A stretch of 63,379 nt of DNA, filler included, from Choristocarpus tenellus KU-1152 (lineage: Eukaryota; Protista; Phaeophyceae): NCBI GenBank assembly GCA_964200185.2. It is 13 parts of 13 records of this genome, joined end to end, with 100 filler letters (N's around TTAATTAATTAA, not from the genome) between each part and the next. Parts side by side here need not be neighbours in the genome. Positions count along the whole stretch, not along the records: positions 1 to 7,097 come from CAXNAD020006705.1; positions 7,198 to 9,754 come from CAXNAD020026809.1; positions 9,855 to 17,576 come from CAXNAD020005685.1; 10 more parts are not named here. One strand, 5' to 3'. The position numbers and the translations under genes were made by a program. Positions 1 to 12,356 of the stretch are shown here, piece after piece (the first letter of the stretch is position 1; each line of letters starts with the position of its first letter). Under the pieces are notes generated by a model, which worked only from the letters and a program-made list of their open reading frames with translations, ran no database searches and was not told the DNA's origin.

Positions 1-1040
1 TAATCCTTCTGCAAGACCATTAAAAACTTGTCATCGGCCCCTAAGTAACCCGTGTCACTCTGTCCACTGCCTTCCCCCTTCCCACCCACCCGCCCCCAGT
101 CTTCGAACTTCACTGTCCTGGAGCATGGCTTGTATCAGATGAGCTGGGGAGGTGCAACGATATACATCTCTCAGAAGCGAACTGACCCTTTCTGTGATGT
201 GGAGGAGGATTTGTAGGAAGCACAGAGTAGTCTTCTTCTTTGTGCACGCGGACAAGTGTTTGTATCTTGTTTAGAGTGGGTGGAATTGGCGGCGTGCGAC
301 ATAGTTCTATGTGAAGTTGAAAAAAGTACCTGGTGAGTTGATGTGACAGGAAGAGATAGGTGCACAAAATGTGCAGTGAAGCGTTCAAGTGATACGTCCT
401 ATAAAAGTTAGTACAATGATGGTAGAGTCAGTAGCTAGCTAACCGCATGATTTGTAAGTTACCTACTGAGTGTTGTGCGCATTGTAGTATTTGTACAGGA
501 GGAAAAGTACTACTCTTCACGTAGTTTTCACTTTCCCTTACTTCCCTCTCAAGAAGCAGCTCGCCCCTGGCAGTACTGGTAGCATTATTGACTGCCAGTT
601 CAGTGTTTCACTTTCTTAAATACAGGAGATGATGCTGAATGTTGATCTAGTTTTGATTATTTGTTTTCCGTGGCACAGGGCCTTCATAAAGCACTCTATG
701 GTATTCAAGGGATTGTGTGTGTGGCCAATCTCAGTGTAATGTTTAGTAGATGTTACACGTGGTGGGTTGGCCAAGCACCACTTCTTCATTGTGTTGAGTA
801 TCTTTAGCCTGTGCTGTTGATGTCACACTTGCCACAATGTGAGGAATCCCTCATGTACAATTTGTATTGGGCCGGTCATTGCAATTCAATGCGGTTTCAA
901 GAGGGATGGTGATCGGGAAGTACTATATTATTGAAGTACTGGAGTATGTAACAATCCCTGCTGATAATAATCTGTGCTAGACCTTGCCCACCCTCGTGTA
1001 TCAATCATACTGTGTTGTGTCCAACCACACATAATTTATA

Positions 1041-2522
1041 CTTCCTCCGTTCAGAATTAAATGTAGCCTAACTCTTGGAAGCTCCGTCCTTGCCCGGGAA
1101 TGACCCATGTGCTAAACCCTCTGGATGAGGCTTAGTTCTCGTATAGATTGGGAGACATGCAAAGTTCGAGATGGTGGACTGTCATGACTGTGGAGGATCA
1201 CCCGTGCAAAATTGACCAAGTCGCATTTGACTGAGTTAAAAAACCTGGAGAACCTGTCAAAGCAAGTGTTTATTGGTATGCCTAGGATGAAGGCCTCAGG
1301 TCATCCAAGCAGCTTGTTCATCCCGTCATTGCCCATTAGTCCCGATTCTTAGCCCCAGAAGTCTGTCTGGGGTCCAGAATCAAACACCCTAATGAAGAAC
1401 AGTGTGGTGGCACAATGCCTAGAGACAAGAAGGCTCAATACTTGAATGCTTTGAGGGACGGCGGTAGCCATCACGGAGGACTTCAAAATTTTGCGAATCA
1501 CCATGATCCGTCATCGGAAGGAGTATGACAGTCAGATCGCACAGGGTACATGCATGTATCTTGTACAACTTCACGAAGGGTGATGTGGCTGCTGTACAAG
1601 TATCCTCAACGTTTGGGATGTCCCATTGGTACACTGCACATCCTTTTGCAAATGGGTGACCAAAGCAAGGGTCTCCCTTACCACGTAGGATTCGTGCAAG
1701 CACAAGAAGGCGAAGAAGGTCAAGTGGTGGATTAAGCAGATCCTCTCAGACTAGCAGAAAGTTAACAGTGTGGGTTTTATCATTTGCCACATGCACAGGA
1801 GGGGGGGCAGTGGGTATCAGTGGACGATCTTTATGACTGGATGTCATCGCGGCAATCAAGACCCGATTGGCTAGGCTGGAAGGACACACCACCGATATGC
1901 ACTTAGAAAACCTCCGCTTCTTCATTATTTGCGGAGAAGGACAGCGCAAAGCCACACACCAAGGGGGGGAACATGGAGGCAATCAAGGAGGCAGTGGGGG
2001 ACGACATTGTCATAGAGACCCAGTCAGTCAACTCACCTGACCTCAATGTCAACGACCTGGGATTCTTTCTTTCCATCCAGCAATTGAAGGAAGACATGGC
2101 TGTGACCAACACAGAGGAACTGGTGGAAGCCTCAATGGAGGCAATTGATGTATACCCCCAGACACACTAGAGTGCATCTGGCAAAGGGTCTTTGCAGTGT
2201 ACGGTTGAAGTGATGAGGTCCGAGGGTGACAACATGTTCAAAATTACCCATCTTAGCAAGGAAGAGACTGAGCAGGCAGACAAGCTCCCCCTGAATTCCT
2301 CAATGGATGTGGCGAAATATCATGCTGGAACGGAGTTTTCGAGGGTTTCGAGGACAGAAACATACAAGGGTGCAGGCTGCCCCATTTTGCTTGAGAGTTT
2401 GGTGCGCAACATTTTAATGTCTGTACAATACACTCATAAAATATGAACATGTGAACAATAATCTCCTGCTTCTTCATCAGGGCTACAAAAGTTATGTTAC
2501 ATTTAATTCCGAACAGAGGAAG
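1041..2522 (+). mobile_element. Degenerate mariner-like DNA transposon (plant-type DD37-39D clade) with both TIRs
   Basis: TA|CTTCCTCCGTTCAGAATTAAATGTAGCCTAACTCTTG at 1039-1077 pairs with CAAAAGTTATGTTACATTTAATTCCGAACAGAGGAAG|TA at ~2486-2524 (Stowaway-like CTCCCTCCGT terminus, TA TSD). Internal frame KDSAKPHT...TQSVNSPDLNVNDLGFF at ~1937-2070 matches the QQDNAxPH...QPPNSPDLNVLDLGFF catalytic region; stops and frameshifts present. Confidence 0.88.
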
Positions 2523-4721
2523 TATAGAAAATAATTATCTAAAAGGAGTAGATCACTTCAACATGTCAAAACATTGGACCACATCACCCCTGAACTAATT
2601 CTGAATAATATCTAAGATGTAGCTACTTTAAATATCAGGCAATAATGTAGGTCTAAAAAGTGTGTGTGGCTGCTAATATTGTACAGCCACCAGCTGTGTA
2701 AAAATCATTGGAGGATTTGGTACATGTCTTGAGTGGAAATTGAGACCTTCAAACTCAACAAGACGTACGTACTCTGTCTGGACTACACCCAGATATGATG
2801 CTCTGAGGAAGGGAAGGAGGGAGGTCTTGTCTAGAGATAGAGTCAATTGTCCATCCAAATATGCATATGGTTCGTACCTCAAACTGATCATTTCTATGGG
2901 AATCTATGTTCATGAATCTTATCTGATACACATCTTCCTCAAGGAATGCATACAATACATGGATGTGTAACATATCATTGCAAACCATGGAGTGTAGACT
3001 TCAATTACACCAACCTTCAACAACAAAAAAGAAATATAGGAGCAACATCGATTATATACAACAAGAAGTTTCCTTGAAACGCCAGCGGAAATGCATCCTC
3101 TACAAAACCTCTTCGCAAGATATAACATGTGACATACTATAGGTGAGGTCACAGTGGAGATTTTCAGCAAAATCTGTAGCCTGATATGATAGGTTCAGTA
3201 ATACCATGAAGTATTGCTGTCTCTTAACACAGCTGTGTGGTCAAAGTTTTTCTCATTCTTCGTTTGAGTTAAGTGCTTCAATGTGTGAAGTAGGGCAAAA
3301 CGCTCAGCATAGCATGCTGGAGTAGAAGGTGCCGTGGGTTGAGAATGGTTAGTGGGTCTGGTTCATTAGACCTTACCTCCACCAGTGTCAATCATCGCAC
3401 ATGCCTTATCTATCCAACACCTATTAGTAGTACTCTCTGTCCTGATGATAATACCTGTGTACACCCCTCCCCTACGTGTGGCCTGTCCAAGGAACGGGTC
3501 AACAGGGATCTTCTCCTGTTCCACCTTGAAGTAGCATTGGGGGCGTTGTGGTGGAGTTCTCTGGTTAGTGTATCAACACTTTATTCTTCCTACAACAAAA
3601 CCAAGCAACAAATGGGTCATCTTCTTGTCCAAAGGAGGGTCCAACTTGGACCAAGCACTCTGCACCACGCAAGATTCATCACATGCGTGCCAGTGTATTA
3701 CTACGTTTATATAAATCTACCTCGTCTTATGCCCCTTCTAAGACATCAACCAAAGAGAGGGGCCTGGTCGCATTTTAACGAGACATTGTAAGCCAGTAGG
3801 ATGCACAAAAAGAGACAGACATATCGCTGTGAAAACATCAGGGAGGGGGGTTAAAGCTATAACCCAAATCTCAAACCTCAAACCTCACCTCCGACCTGCT
3901 CTTCTCTGCATACAACTAGGTATGCACACCAAGCAGTATTGAGGGTCAAAACACTGTATCTGAAAAATGCGAAATATCCGCTCTCACCGACAAGCAGACC
4001 TATGGAGGGCACAGGATAACAACAAACTTTCCATAGCTTCAAGCATTGCGCTCTGCTTGTAGAAGTGAGTCCCATATCAAATAAAGCACACAAAATACAT
4101 GCTACAAAACTAAGAAATCCTTCAAGGTCACAACACATCATCCCTTTATCTCGCAAGACTTCATTTCGTATCCCCTCTTCACACACCAGCCTTCTAAGGA
4201 GTGCACTCCTCCCATATTCATTGGTCAAAGTAATCTACCACCCACAAACTAAACATACACAAGGAAGGGATAGTCTTCATGCAACTCTACAAGCAGAAAA
4301 GCGAAAAAAGAGGTGTCCATTTTTCCCCAACCAACCCAACTCCTCCACCCCCAAACCGCTCACGTCCTGTAAGCTACATCTTCCCTTGACAGCCCAGCTG
4401 TGCACCACCACAGCCATCCCCCTCCTGTCTACAATCCCCCTGAAAACTAAATAATGCATGCCAAAGTCAAGTAAATCTTCACAAGGGCAACGCTGCTTGT
4501 TCAAACACAAACAACGGATTACAGGGAAGAAAAGGGGTTGGGGGGACGCAACTATCTCACAAAATTCAGATCACGCCTTCCAAATCTACGCCCAAACCCT
4601 CCCGTTTTGGATCCAACACCATCAAGCCAGTTGCAATGGCTGTGCCCAACTATCTGGCTTCCTGAATCACCCCCCCATGCTCCCCGCCTCGCACCCCTGC
4701 GCCATTGCCATGACCACAACC

Positions 4722-6931
4722 TCACTTGGCAGGCTGTTTCGGGTAGAGGATCAGAACCAAGCGGTTTCCCTCACGCCTGGGGTTGCCCTCAGCATTCGCT
4801 GTCGCCTGTCACATCACATTACATTAGGAAGTGGAAAGAGGGGGAGAGGCATTGCAGGGCGAAAAAGGGGATTCTTCAAGGAAAAAAATATATTGACGGG
4901 AAAGCAAGCAGTTCTACATGCATCACAGACTAGTTGCCCTGAAGAAAAATAATCTGTGATACTCTACAGACAATTGTGGTCACCAAAAAAGAGTGTAAAC
5001 CGAGTACAACGGTAAAATTCAAGAAAACGATCATCCCCTTCTTCCTCTCCTTCCCCTTCAACAGACCTTTCATTGGTTCACCAGGATTTTTTTTTTTAAT
5101 TACAGGTTTGTCAAGCAAGTTTAGTGTCGGCAAATTCAGCTCCAGCCGGGTATGCTGCAGTAAATTGGGAACTCCATGCACACACAGACACAAAAAAACA
5201 CCACCGAAAACACCACCAGTGCCCTCAACTGGTCAACCACACCAATTACAACAGTGACAGGAAGGTGTCTGGCATTGGATGGGGCTAAGGGGTGAGGGGT
5301 AGGTACAAGGGTGTCAATGAGGGGGGGGGGGGGCACACCTTGAGATCCTCAGTGATCTGGCTCATCAGATTCTTTCCCAGGTCCATGTGAGATTGCTCCC
5401 GCCCCCGGAACTGCAAAATAACCCGCACCTGCAAGACATGAGTGCACAGGCAGAGGTATCAAGCACGTCACAGGAGCAGGTAAGGGACAGGAGAGTCGAA
5501 TCGTTTTTCCCCAGTTAGGGAAGGGGTAGGGATTGGGGGGGAAGGTGAGAGGACCCACTCACAAAGGGTTTCTCAATCATTTTCATAGTTGAGATAGATC
5601 ATGACTACTGTTGTGAATCGGGGCAACTCAATCACTACAATTTAACAAAAAAAATTAACCAGAGAAAATTGAAAGATCGGTCAAGAACTTACCATCAGCA
5701 AATTTCCAGTAAATTCTCTCCATGCATGTATGTAGGCTCTCCCCTTTTGCAGAGCTTGTTGCTTTGCAAAAAGTCTACTATCTTTTCAAAACTGTACAAG
5801 GAACAACTGTTTAGCCTATTTCATACATTTATCCCCAACCTCATCCCTAACCCTAACCCTTCGATTCACGGCGCTAATGATTACAAAATCAAACACAATC
5901 AAACCACAGAATAGAATATATTTTGACCATGACACTCAATGCGAAGTCAAACCAGTATCAACAGATGCTTCCCCTACTACACCTCAACATTCCAATTGAG
6001 GTCCGCCCTCCTCCCCTGGTCACCGATCAAATAAATAAAACAACTGTACACACGAGGCCTGAACAAGGGCGCAACTCAGTAAGGGCAACCTTACCGGTCA
6101 CAAGCGCAAAGAAAAGGAGAACAGAAACATTAAAAAAAAAATGATGGGAGGCACTCCTTCTGAACTAAGCTCACCACTTCAATAACCCAACTCACCCTGT
6201 GACCCTGTGAAATAAACTTTTGGGCATTCTTGATGCGAACAGAGTAGTCATGTTGCTCAATCTTGTAAGACATCTTTACCTCCTTGAGTTCTATTGAACA
6301 AAAAAGAAAAATACAAGCAAGCGAAACCATGTTTTCAGGTGAAAGGAGCACGTCCGGGGGGGGGAGGGGAGGGGAGAGGTTGGTTGATGAGCAAGAGCCA
6401 ATAGGCATGAATTATCGTTTTCTGGGCTCCGGACTGAAAATATTCAGTCGCATGACGGGACTGAGAAACTTTGCAACACTGCAGCCTCGCTCTGCGCTTA
6501 GGCTCATAGTTCAGAATGATCAAGGCAATAATACAAATGTAACTGCCCACTACAACAAAAGGACAAGCTGTGAACAATTTCATGGTTACCACCAACATAT
6601 CACAAAGAATCAACAATATTCTGATATCATCACCACAGAGTACAATCTCTTTTCCAGCAATAGGATACTAAACATAGAGCACATGTGTCATACAGACACA
6701 TATTCGATATATTTTGCAAATCCCACAATAATGTGCAACAAGGTGAGCACAGGCAATAGGTGGGAGTAAGACCAGTACAAATAAACTTTCAACCTCCCAG
6801 GATCACTACTGCCCCCCCCCCCGCCATCTCCATGGCATGTTGAGCTCCATGATCTTTATTAGTGGTGTCTGGTCTCACCCATCGCCTTAGCCTTGGCCTT
6901 GTTATCCTTCTTCTTCTTGTCTGACTTGTAC
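4722..6931 (-). CDS. infC: Translation initiation factor IF-3, plastid/cyanobacterial type, nucleus-encoded; 3' part only (exons 6879-6931, 6196-6290, 5339-5428, 4722-4805)
   Basis: GT-AG splicing with matching phases gives [106 protein letters not shown]. This is the IF3 linker plus C-terminal domain (KEVKM.YKI..HDY, FRGRE). 5' exons are lost at the contig end. Confidence 0.93.
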
Positions 6932-7097
6932 CTTGGTGGTCAGATTTGGGTAAAGATTAGGGTGAGGGTTTGAATGGGGGTAAGAAGGCGTGGAGAATGT
7001 TCGTGGCAATGGACTGAGCTAGACTCACGGAGTGGAGGGAGTACTATCAGAACAACTGTTGCGGCCCCACCGGGGGTACAGGCGAATGACAACTAGC

Positions 7098-7197
7098 NNN
7101 NNNNNNNNNNNNNNNNNNNNNNNNNNNNNNNNNNNNNNNNNTTAATTAATTAANNNNNNNNNNNNNNNNNNNNNNNNNNNNNNNNNNNNNNNNNNNN
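7098..7197. other. Artificial contig linker N44-TTAATTAATTAA-N44 (also 9755-9854, 17577-17676, 24386-24485, 27925-28024, 31136-31235, 36605-36704, 41616-41715, 44809-44908, 48860-48959, 52691-52790, 60275-60374)
   Basis: Twelve identical 100-bp spacers, each with a 12-mer that places stop codons in all six frames. Confidence 0.98.
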
Positions 7198-8314
7198 ACA
7201 AGCACCCAAATATTTTTGACCAAAAATATATATGCACTTTCCGCGCAACATTCCGCGTCTTTCCCATCCTCAATAAAAAGCTCCATCCTCAATTTGATGA
7301 TCGTCTGTTAAATGTAAAATAGCTCCCCTGAGAGAAGTCATAACTGTATGCTCAAACTTCCCAACTAAAAACTACTATGGTCGGCTAGTCCAGAAAAGAA
7401 TGGAGACCGATTGGGGTGAGGCAGTGTATGTTTTGATTTTTGATTTTCACACCTGAGAACTCGTTTGGGGAGTGAAATGCTGGTGGGGCAAGAAGAAAGA
7501 CAGTAAAAGATAAAAAAATATTTTCCCTCCCCCTTCTTCCAAAACGCATCTATTATCACACAATATATGAATTCAACCACCAACAACCAATTTTAATTTC
7601 CAAACGATGACAATACATTTGTTTTTGGACAGCTGGGTGCAACGAATATATTTTTTGAACTTTTTCCAAGCACTTACGATTGGGTTTCAATAAATGTTGA
7701 AATATCCAATGCGCATTTTCATTCCCGTGGAAAAATCAAGAGTCAAACAAGTTCGGCTCTAAAATTGAAGCCCACCCCCTACCCCCAGACCACTCTCCAA
7801 TTTTGTCATCTGCACTCTACTCCAACACAGTCAAGTGCGACCCTACTGCAGTACTGATTGCGATCATTATTTTGTGTGGTACTCATGATGTTGTACTATT
7901 CTGTAGGATGGTATGTTGTGGACCTTGCACCATTTTTGGAATGCAGTCTTGGTGTTGCAGTCGTTTGTCGTGCTTTGTTCCCCATGTTGTGACCTATTTG
8001 ATGACGGGTTGACCTGATGACTTAATGACTAACCCTGTCATAGCAGGCAAGGCGCATTTGATGGGGGTGAGTACTGATGTTTCAGAAAGAGTTATGTATG
8101 TATGTGCGTGTGGAATGTGTTGGGGAACGAGATAGAGATTAGATCGATAGATAAGAGTATGCAGGTCAATATATGTGGGGCTGTATGTGAGCAGATAGAT
8201 TTCGATTTTCATCCAAGTAAATAATTTTCGATGATACTGTTGTTGGACAGACAAGACGTCGGCAGAGGCGTAGGTTTTGTGTGGCGACTGTTTTGTTGTG
8301 TTAATATCGATACA

Positions 8315-8315
<1 letters not shown>

Positions 8316-8348
<33 letters not shown>
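8316..8348. repeat. (TA)n microsatellite
   Basis: Perfect TA run. Confidence 0.9.
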
Positions 8349-8350
<2 letters not shown>

Positions 8351-8829
8351 TTTGGTGTTTATCTACCTGATATTGTCAGAAATAAATAGGGGATAAATGA
8401 GAGATATTGAGATAATGAGCACAGATAGATGCTGCTATCTTCCCAACAATATATTGGGAAAATTGGGGACATTATCAACAGCGTGAGAGCATGCCACATT
8501 GATTGAATGCACCCCCCACAACTGACATTTTGCATAGCGTGGAGAAATGGTCCACTTAAATATTTTTTGTGAAGAATAGATCTGCGTGTTTTGGTGTGGG
8601 AAAAAATGGCTCATCGCAAAAAAAAGTAATCCTAAATAAGTATTGTATACGCTGTGTATCACTAATTTAGTGTGTCAAGTCAAGCATTCAAGCAAATGGC
8701 GTTATTTTGCTTAGAGGTAAAGTAGTGTATGTTAATATTATAACCTTGATGTGTTTGAGGAGTGTCTTGGAGTTTGTACGACCTGGTGTTTCTGACTTGT
8801 GTTTTTGTGGTAGATGAGGACAACACGGG

Positions 8830-9447
8830 GGTCTTTCAATTGGCTATGTACAAGGCCATTGTGACTACACGTTGCCTCGAATGAGAGTCAACATTCCTGT
8901 CAGTCTCAAGGACGAAGGGGGGTTCTCCAGAGTAATTGTGGAGAGGTTCTTTAGGATGAGTATTGCTTACCACCTGATATTTTCCAACGAGAAAGGCATG
9001 GAGTGCACCAAATTGGACAGGGTGTATAAGACATTAAAGTCTCACAGGAGGCCTGCACCTTCAGAAGACCTCATTTGACTTGGCATTGATTGTCTGGTTC
9101 AGAGGCCTGGGCCCCCATAAGTGTGCCTTAGCCAGTAGGTGACAACATCGCATAAACGGTAAATAATGGAAATAGAATGGAGAGATAACAACGCCCATGT
9201 TCTCCGGGTGAAGATGGCCTCTTCTGGCGTCAAAATCATCTTTAAATGCGCGGTTCGCACACGGACTACTTGATTTAACTATGGTTCCGTATTTCTCACG
9301 ATTACTGCAAGCTGAGCAACCGAGACCCATTAAATAAGGCTAACCATGCTGATGCGATCACAATAAATTAATTTTGATGAAAAAATTCGTTGTTGATCAA
9401 AAGTTAATGCACGACAAAGTTGATGCAGGAGGCGACTGCTAACACTG
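8830..9447 (+). mobile_element. 3' remnant of a Tc1/IS630-like transposase element
   Basis: GHCDYTLPRMRVNIPVSL...VERFFRMSIAY...YKTLKSHRR resembles the C-terminus (CDYT..L...P.AL...RF....Y...YKSHRR) of DDE_3-type transposases. Possible terminus ...AACACTG|TA at 9441-9449. Confidence 0.55.
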
Positions 9448-9469
9448 TAGTTCTGTATTTTATAATTAT

Positions 9470-9560
9470 GCCCTCTGACATTTTGCAGATGTGTCAGGGG
9501 GGAAACCAACGAAAACTATACACATTATTAGCCCCAAAGAAAAAAAATATCCTAAACGTG
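9470..9560 (+). repeat. Dispersed repeat family D (~95-bp terminal sequence CCCTCTAACATTTTGCAGATGTGTCAGGG...); other copies ~18097-18195 (+), ~49990-50078 (-), ~50390-50488 (-), ~50535-50624 (-), ~50757-50860 (+), and an inverted pair 52357-52573
   Basis: Same diverged motif recognised in several places on three contigs and in both orientations; the 52357-52573 copy has it at both ends, as a MITE would. Confidence 0.7.
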
Positions 9561-9639
9561 AGAACACTATAAAACATTGTAAGTGTGGAAACCACTAGTC
9601 TATCAGTTACGTCACCACTATTAAATATTGTTCTACTGT

Positions 9640-9754
9640 CTTCCTGTGCTTCCCATCTACCTACTCCTGTGCCCCGGGGGTGGGAGCTAGGGAGGCATCC
9701 CAAGAATCCAACAGACCCCTCCGTGCCCATCTCCCTGATGACTCTATTTTGAAG
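9640..9754 (-). mobile_element. 3' tail fragment of a CRE-like non-LTR retrotransposon
   Basis: GAGCTAGGGAGGCATCCCAAGAATCCAACAGACCCCTCCGTGCCCATCTCCCTG matches 50955-51008 and the reverse complement of ~49598-49652. Confidence 0.65.
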
Positions 9755-10182
9755 NNNNNNNNNNNNNNNNNNNNNNNNNNNNNNNNNNNNNNNNNNNNTT
9801 AATTAATTAANNNNNNNNNNNNNNNNNNNNNNNNNNNNNNNNNNNNNNNNNNNNTATGGGGTGTAATGGTCATGACACTGATCAGAATGGCCAATAGTAT
9901 CTTAGAGGGGGGGGGGGGGTATAGGTTAGTCCATTCAGGGCTTGATCAGGTGTTGTATTATACCGCAGCTTGATGCCCTTTTTGCGAGTATATTTCCTTT
10001 AGACTTGTTTCAGGCAGGGGGGTGGAAAAAGAAGGTATGTTCAGATGAAGGAAATCGTCCCTACATTTGACACATTCACTCAGGTGATATGAAAATCACT
10101 ATAGGTTCACACAGGTCCCGAATAGGTGCTTGACCCCCCCTCCAGAATGCTATGGACTAATTGCGCTTCTTACCCTCATTCA

Positions 10183-10690
10183 GAGCCAAACCAATTGAGA
10201 GCTAGGTAGGTTTGAACCCTTTAGCACTCAAAGCCATCTTGAGGCAAAGTAAACAAGAGGTAACCAGTTGTTGACCGTTTTCCATTATAAGTCAGTTATT
10301 CAATCTTTTGCAATTCACCCATATTTCTAAGGATGAAGTTCTAAGTTTGACTGGAGAACATCAATTCTCTGTTGCTATTAAGTTTTTGACACAATTCGGA
10401 AAATATGCTACACGCATTTGAAAAAAGTGGAATTTTGCACATATTTGTTGCCATCCTTGAAATGCCACTCAGGGTATCTCTCGTTTACTTTTACTCCTTT
10501 CTCCCCCATTGCAATACACACTTATCTCATTGCTTCACGTGCACAATAGTGTACGCAAATTGATGTTACCCCTTTCCACGCACAAATTGAACTCAGCAAG
10601 GCTCTTTCTGCAATTGTACAAAATTACATCTTTTTCGACTTCTTGGGATTCTTAAATGCATCCCTGCCTACCTCTCAGTTGATTTGACTC
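10183..10690. mobile_element. Non-autonomous TIR element, family C (Sola2-like), downstream of the last visible EsV-1-7 exon; partial copies ~17823-17848 and ~36736-36963
   Basis: TIRs GAGCCAAACCAATTGAGAGCTAGGTAGG and CCTGCCTACCTCTCAGTTGATTTGACTC; exact 4-bp TSD TTCA at 10179-10182 and 10691-10694. Confidence 0.8.
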
Positions 10691-10719
10691 TTCAGTAAAG
10701 AAGCACAAAGTAGACCTAC

Positions 10720-12356
10720 CTCCTGTTAGCCACATTTACCATGCCCTCCAGTCTGTGCTCCCCACAGTACATGGGTCTCTCTCTGTTGTTTCCAAAGTGC
10801 GGTACTTTGGTACATCCTTGGCGACTGCAGCGTCGGCTCACCACATTCACCATACCAGGTGCCTTGTGCAGCCCACAGAATCTGGGACGGTTGGCCCCTT
10901 TCTCAGCATAGCGTGGCTGCGTAAAGCAGCTTTTCACCTCACAGAGTACACCTCCCTTGGCTCCCCGCAAAGCAACATTACCAGACTCCATTGGTGTTGA
11001 TGTCAATGTTGTCGATATGGACATCATTGTGGGGGGGGGGGCTTGAGGGCGAGCTCCTGGATTATTGTGAAGGCTGCTGAGTCTGGCGAGGGTATCACCC
11101 ACGGTCGTGGTCAGGATATGCAGTCACAATACAACAATATACGATTGTGGAAAAAGGGGAGAAGGAGGTGGAGAGGTAAGCTTTAGCGTGTAAGGTCAGC
11201 ATTGAGAGACTGCAATATGTACGATGGGCGAATTAATGCATAATATGACCAATCACAGTAGACTGTCACACACCTTTGAAAATTATTTTTAACATAAAAT
11301 GAAAAGTTGTCAATCCTTCTCTCTTCAGTACTAAACCTTGCTTGCTGACTTAGTGGCTAATAATCACCTGTCAGCCTTGCAGTCGGCACTATCCTGCATC
11401 TCAACAGTTGCTGGTCTTGCACACCGTTCCCTGCAGAACCCGCCAAGGTTGCTACTGATGTCGTCTGACCCTCGCTTCACTTGGTTCTTTCGTCCATTGT
11501 CCTTGCATATCGATCCTTCGGACCAAGCACCTCGCTTCTTTAAGGGCTGATTGTGTTTTGAGCCATGTTGAAGGGAGGGCAAAGAATATGGAGGAAGTTC
11601 GACGTTGCCACTAACACCCCATTTGTCGTAGATCACACATGCGCAGCCAGGTTGCATGCATCCATGGTCGGGAAGTCCTTCATGGGGCCAAGTTGATTTA
11701 GTTCCCTCCGTACGCAAGTTAGGTTGCTGCTGACGCAAAGGTGGGAGACCTGCCCCACCAAGCAGATAAGACAAAGGTGGCAAAAGCATCGAGTCATGTG
11801 GTTCCTGTGACGGAGAGGTGAATGCACAACCGTTCGCGCGATGGGAACTGGCCTGGTCGAAATTTAGTGATTCGAATGCTCTTGCATCTTCCCGTTGTAC
11901 TCTGTTAAGGTCAGCAGAGAAGATCCTCCCAGAAACATAACTGGGCACGCCACAAAAGGTCGTGGGCGATTGAAAGAAATTGTCCAGCTTGTTGGCGGAA
12001 CTATGAAGACCTGGAGCTGCAGCAGAAAAGGAGTAGGAAGACGAAGCATGTTCTGGATCAACACCTGTGTGGGTAGGGTCGCCCACGTGAGGGTAGGACG
12101 ACGCTTGTTGGTCAAATCGAGGGTCGCTGCGTTCCAACCCGAGACTGCCTCGAGAAACAGCACGAGCCGAGATCGGACTCCGAGGTCTGATAGGTCGTTT
12201 TGGAAGGGGGGCTTGCGCTGGCATAACAGTTCCTCCTTTGGACCACATCATGAAGTTATCTGTAGAGCATCGGCAAGAACATACCTTATCATGTGAGCGT
12301 GGTTGAACAAAATAGTAGTCCATTTGTGCAACACAGCAATTGGAAAAGGAACTCAT
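10720..12356 (-). CDS. EsV-1-7 cysteine-rich repeat protein, partial (exons 11368-12356 and 10720-11082; continues 3')
   Basis: Two repeats CEVKSCFTQPRYAEKGANRPRFCGLHKAPGMVNVVSRR and CSRQGCTKVPHFGNNRERPMYCGEHRLEGMVNVANRR match C-x4-C...P.(F/Y)...C..H...GMVNV. They follow a 330-codon Ser/Pro-rich exon joined by a phase-2 GT-AG intron. An AG acceptor directly before 12356 suggests further upstream exons. Confidence 0.88.

Noticed and set aside
2673-3300. Possible LINE RT remnant (YLGV on the minus strand); similar hints at ~7900-8300, ~19400-19700 and ~37560-37900
   Set aside because: Too degenerate to assign from a single short motif.
3339-5257. Several 90-165 aa plus-strand ORFs
   Set aside because: Antisense to the IF3 last exon, intron and probable 3' UTR; compositionally unremarkable and no motifs.
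5845-5860. Telomere-like CCCTAA/TTAGGG runs (also ~36993-37012, ~38277-38292, ~58349-58370, ~59535-59546)
   Set aside because: Only 2-3 imperfect units each, and internal; not enough to call telomeres or a defined element.
7142-7153. Recurrent palindromic TTAATTAATTAA motif
   Set aside because: Always centred in identical N-runs, so it is a synthetic six-frame stop linker. For the same reason no gene cluster or operon can be inferred across contigs.
10720-11082. Endogenous phaeovirus insertion suggested by EsV-1-7 repeats
   Set aside because: The gene has spliceosomal introns, and no NCLDV core genes or dense intronless ORFs are nearby.
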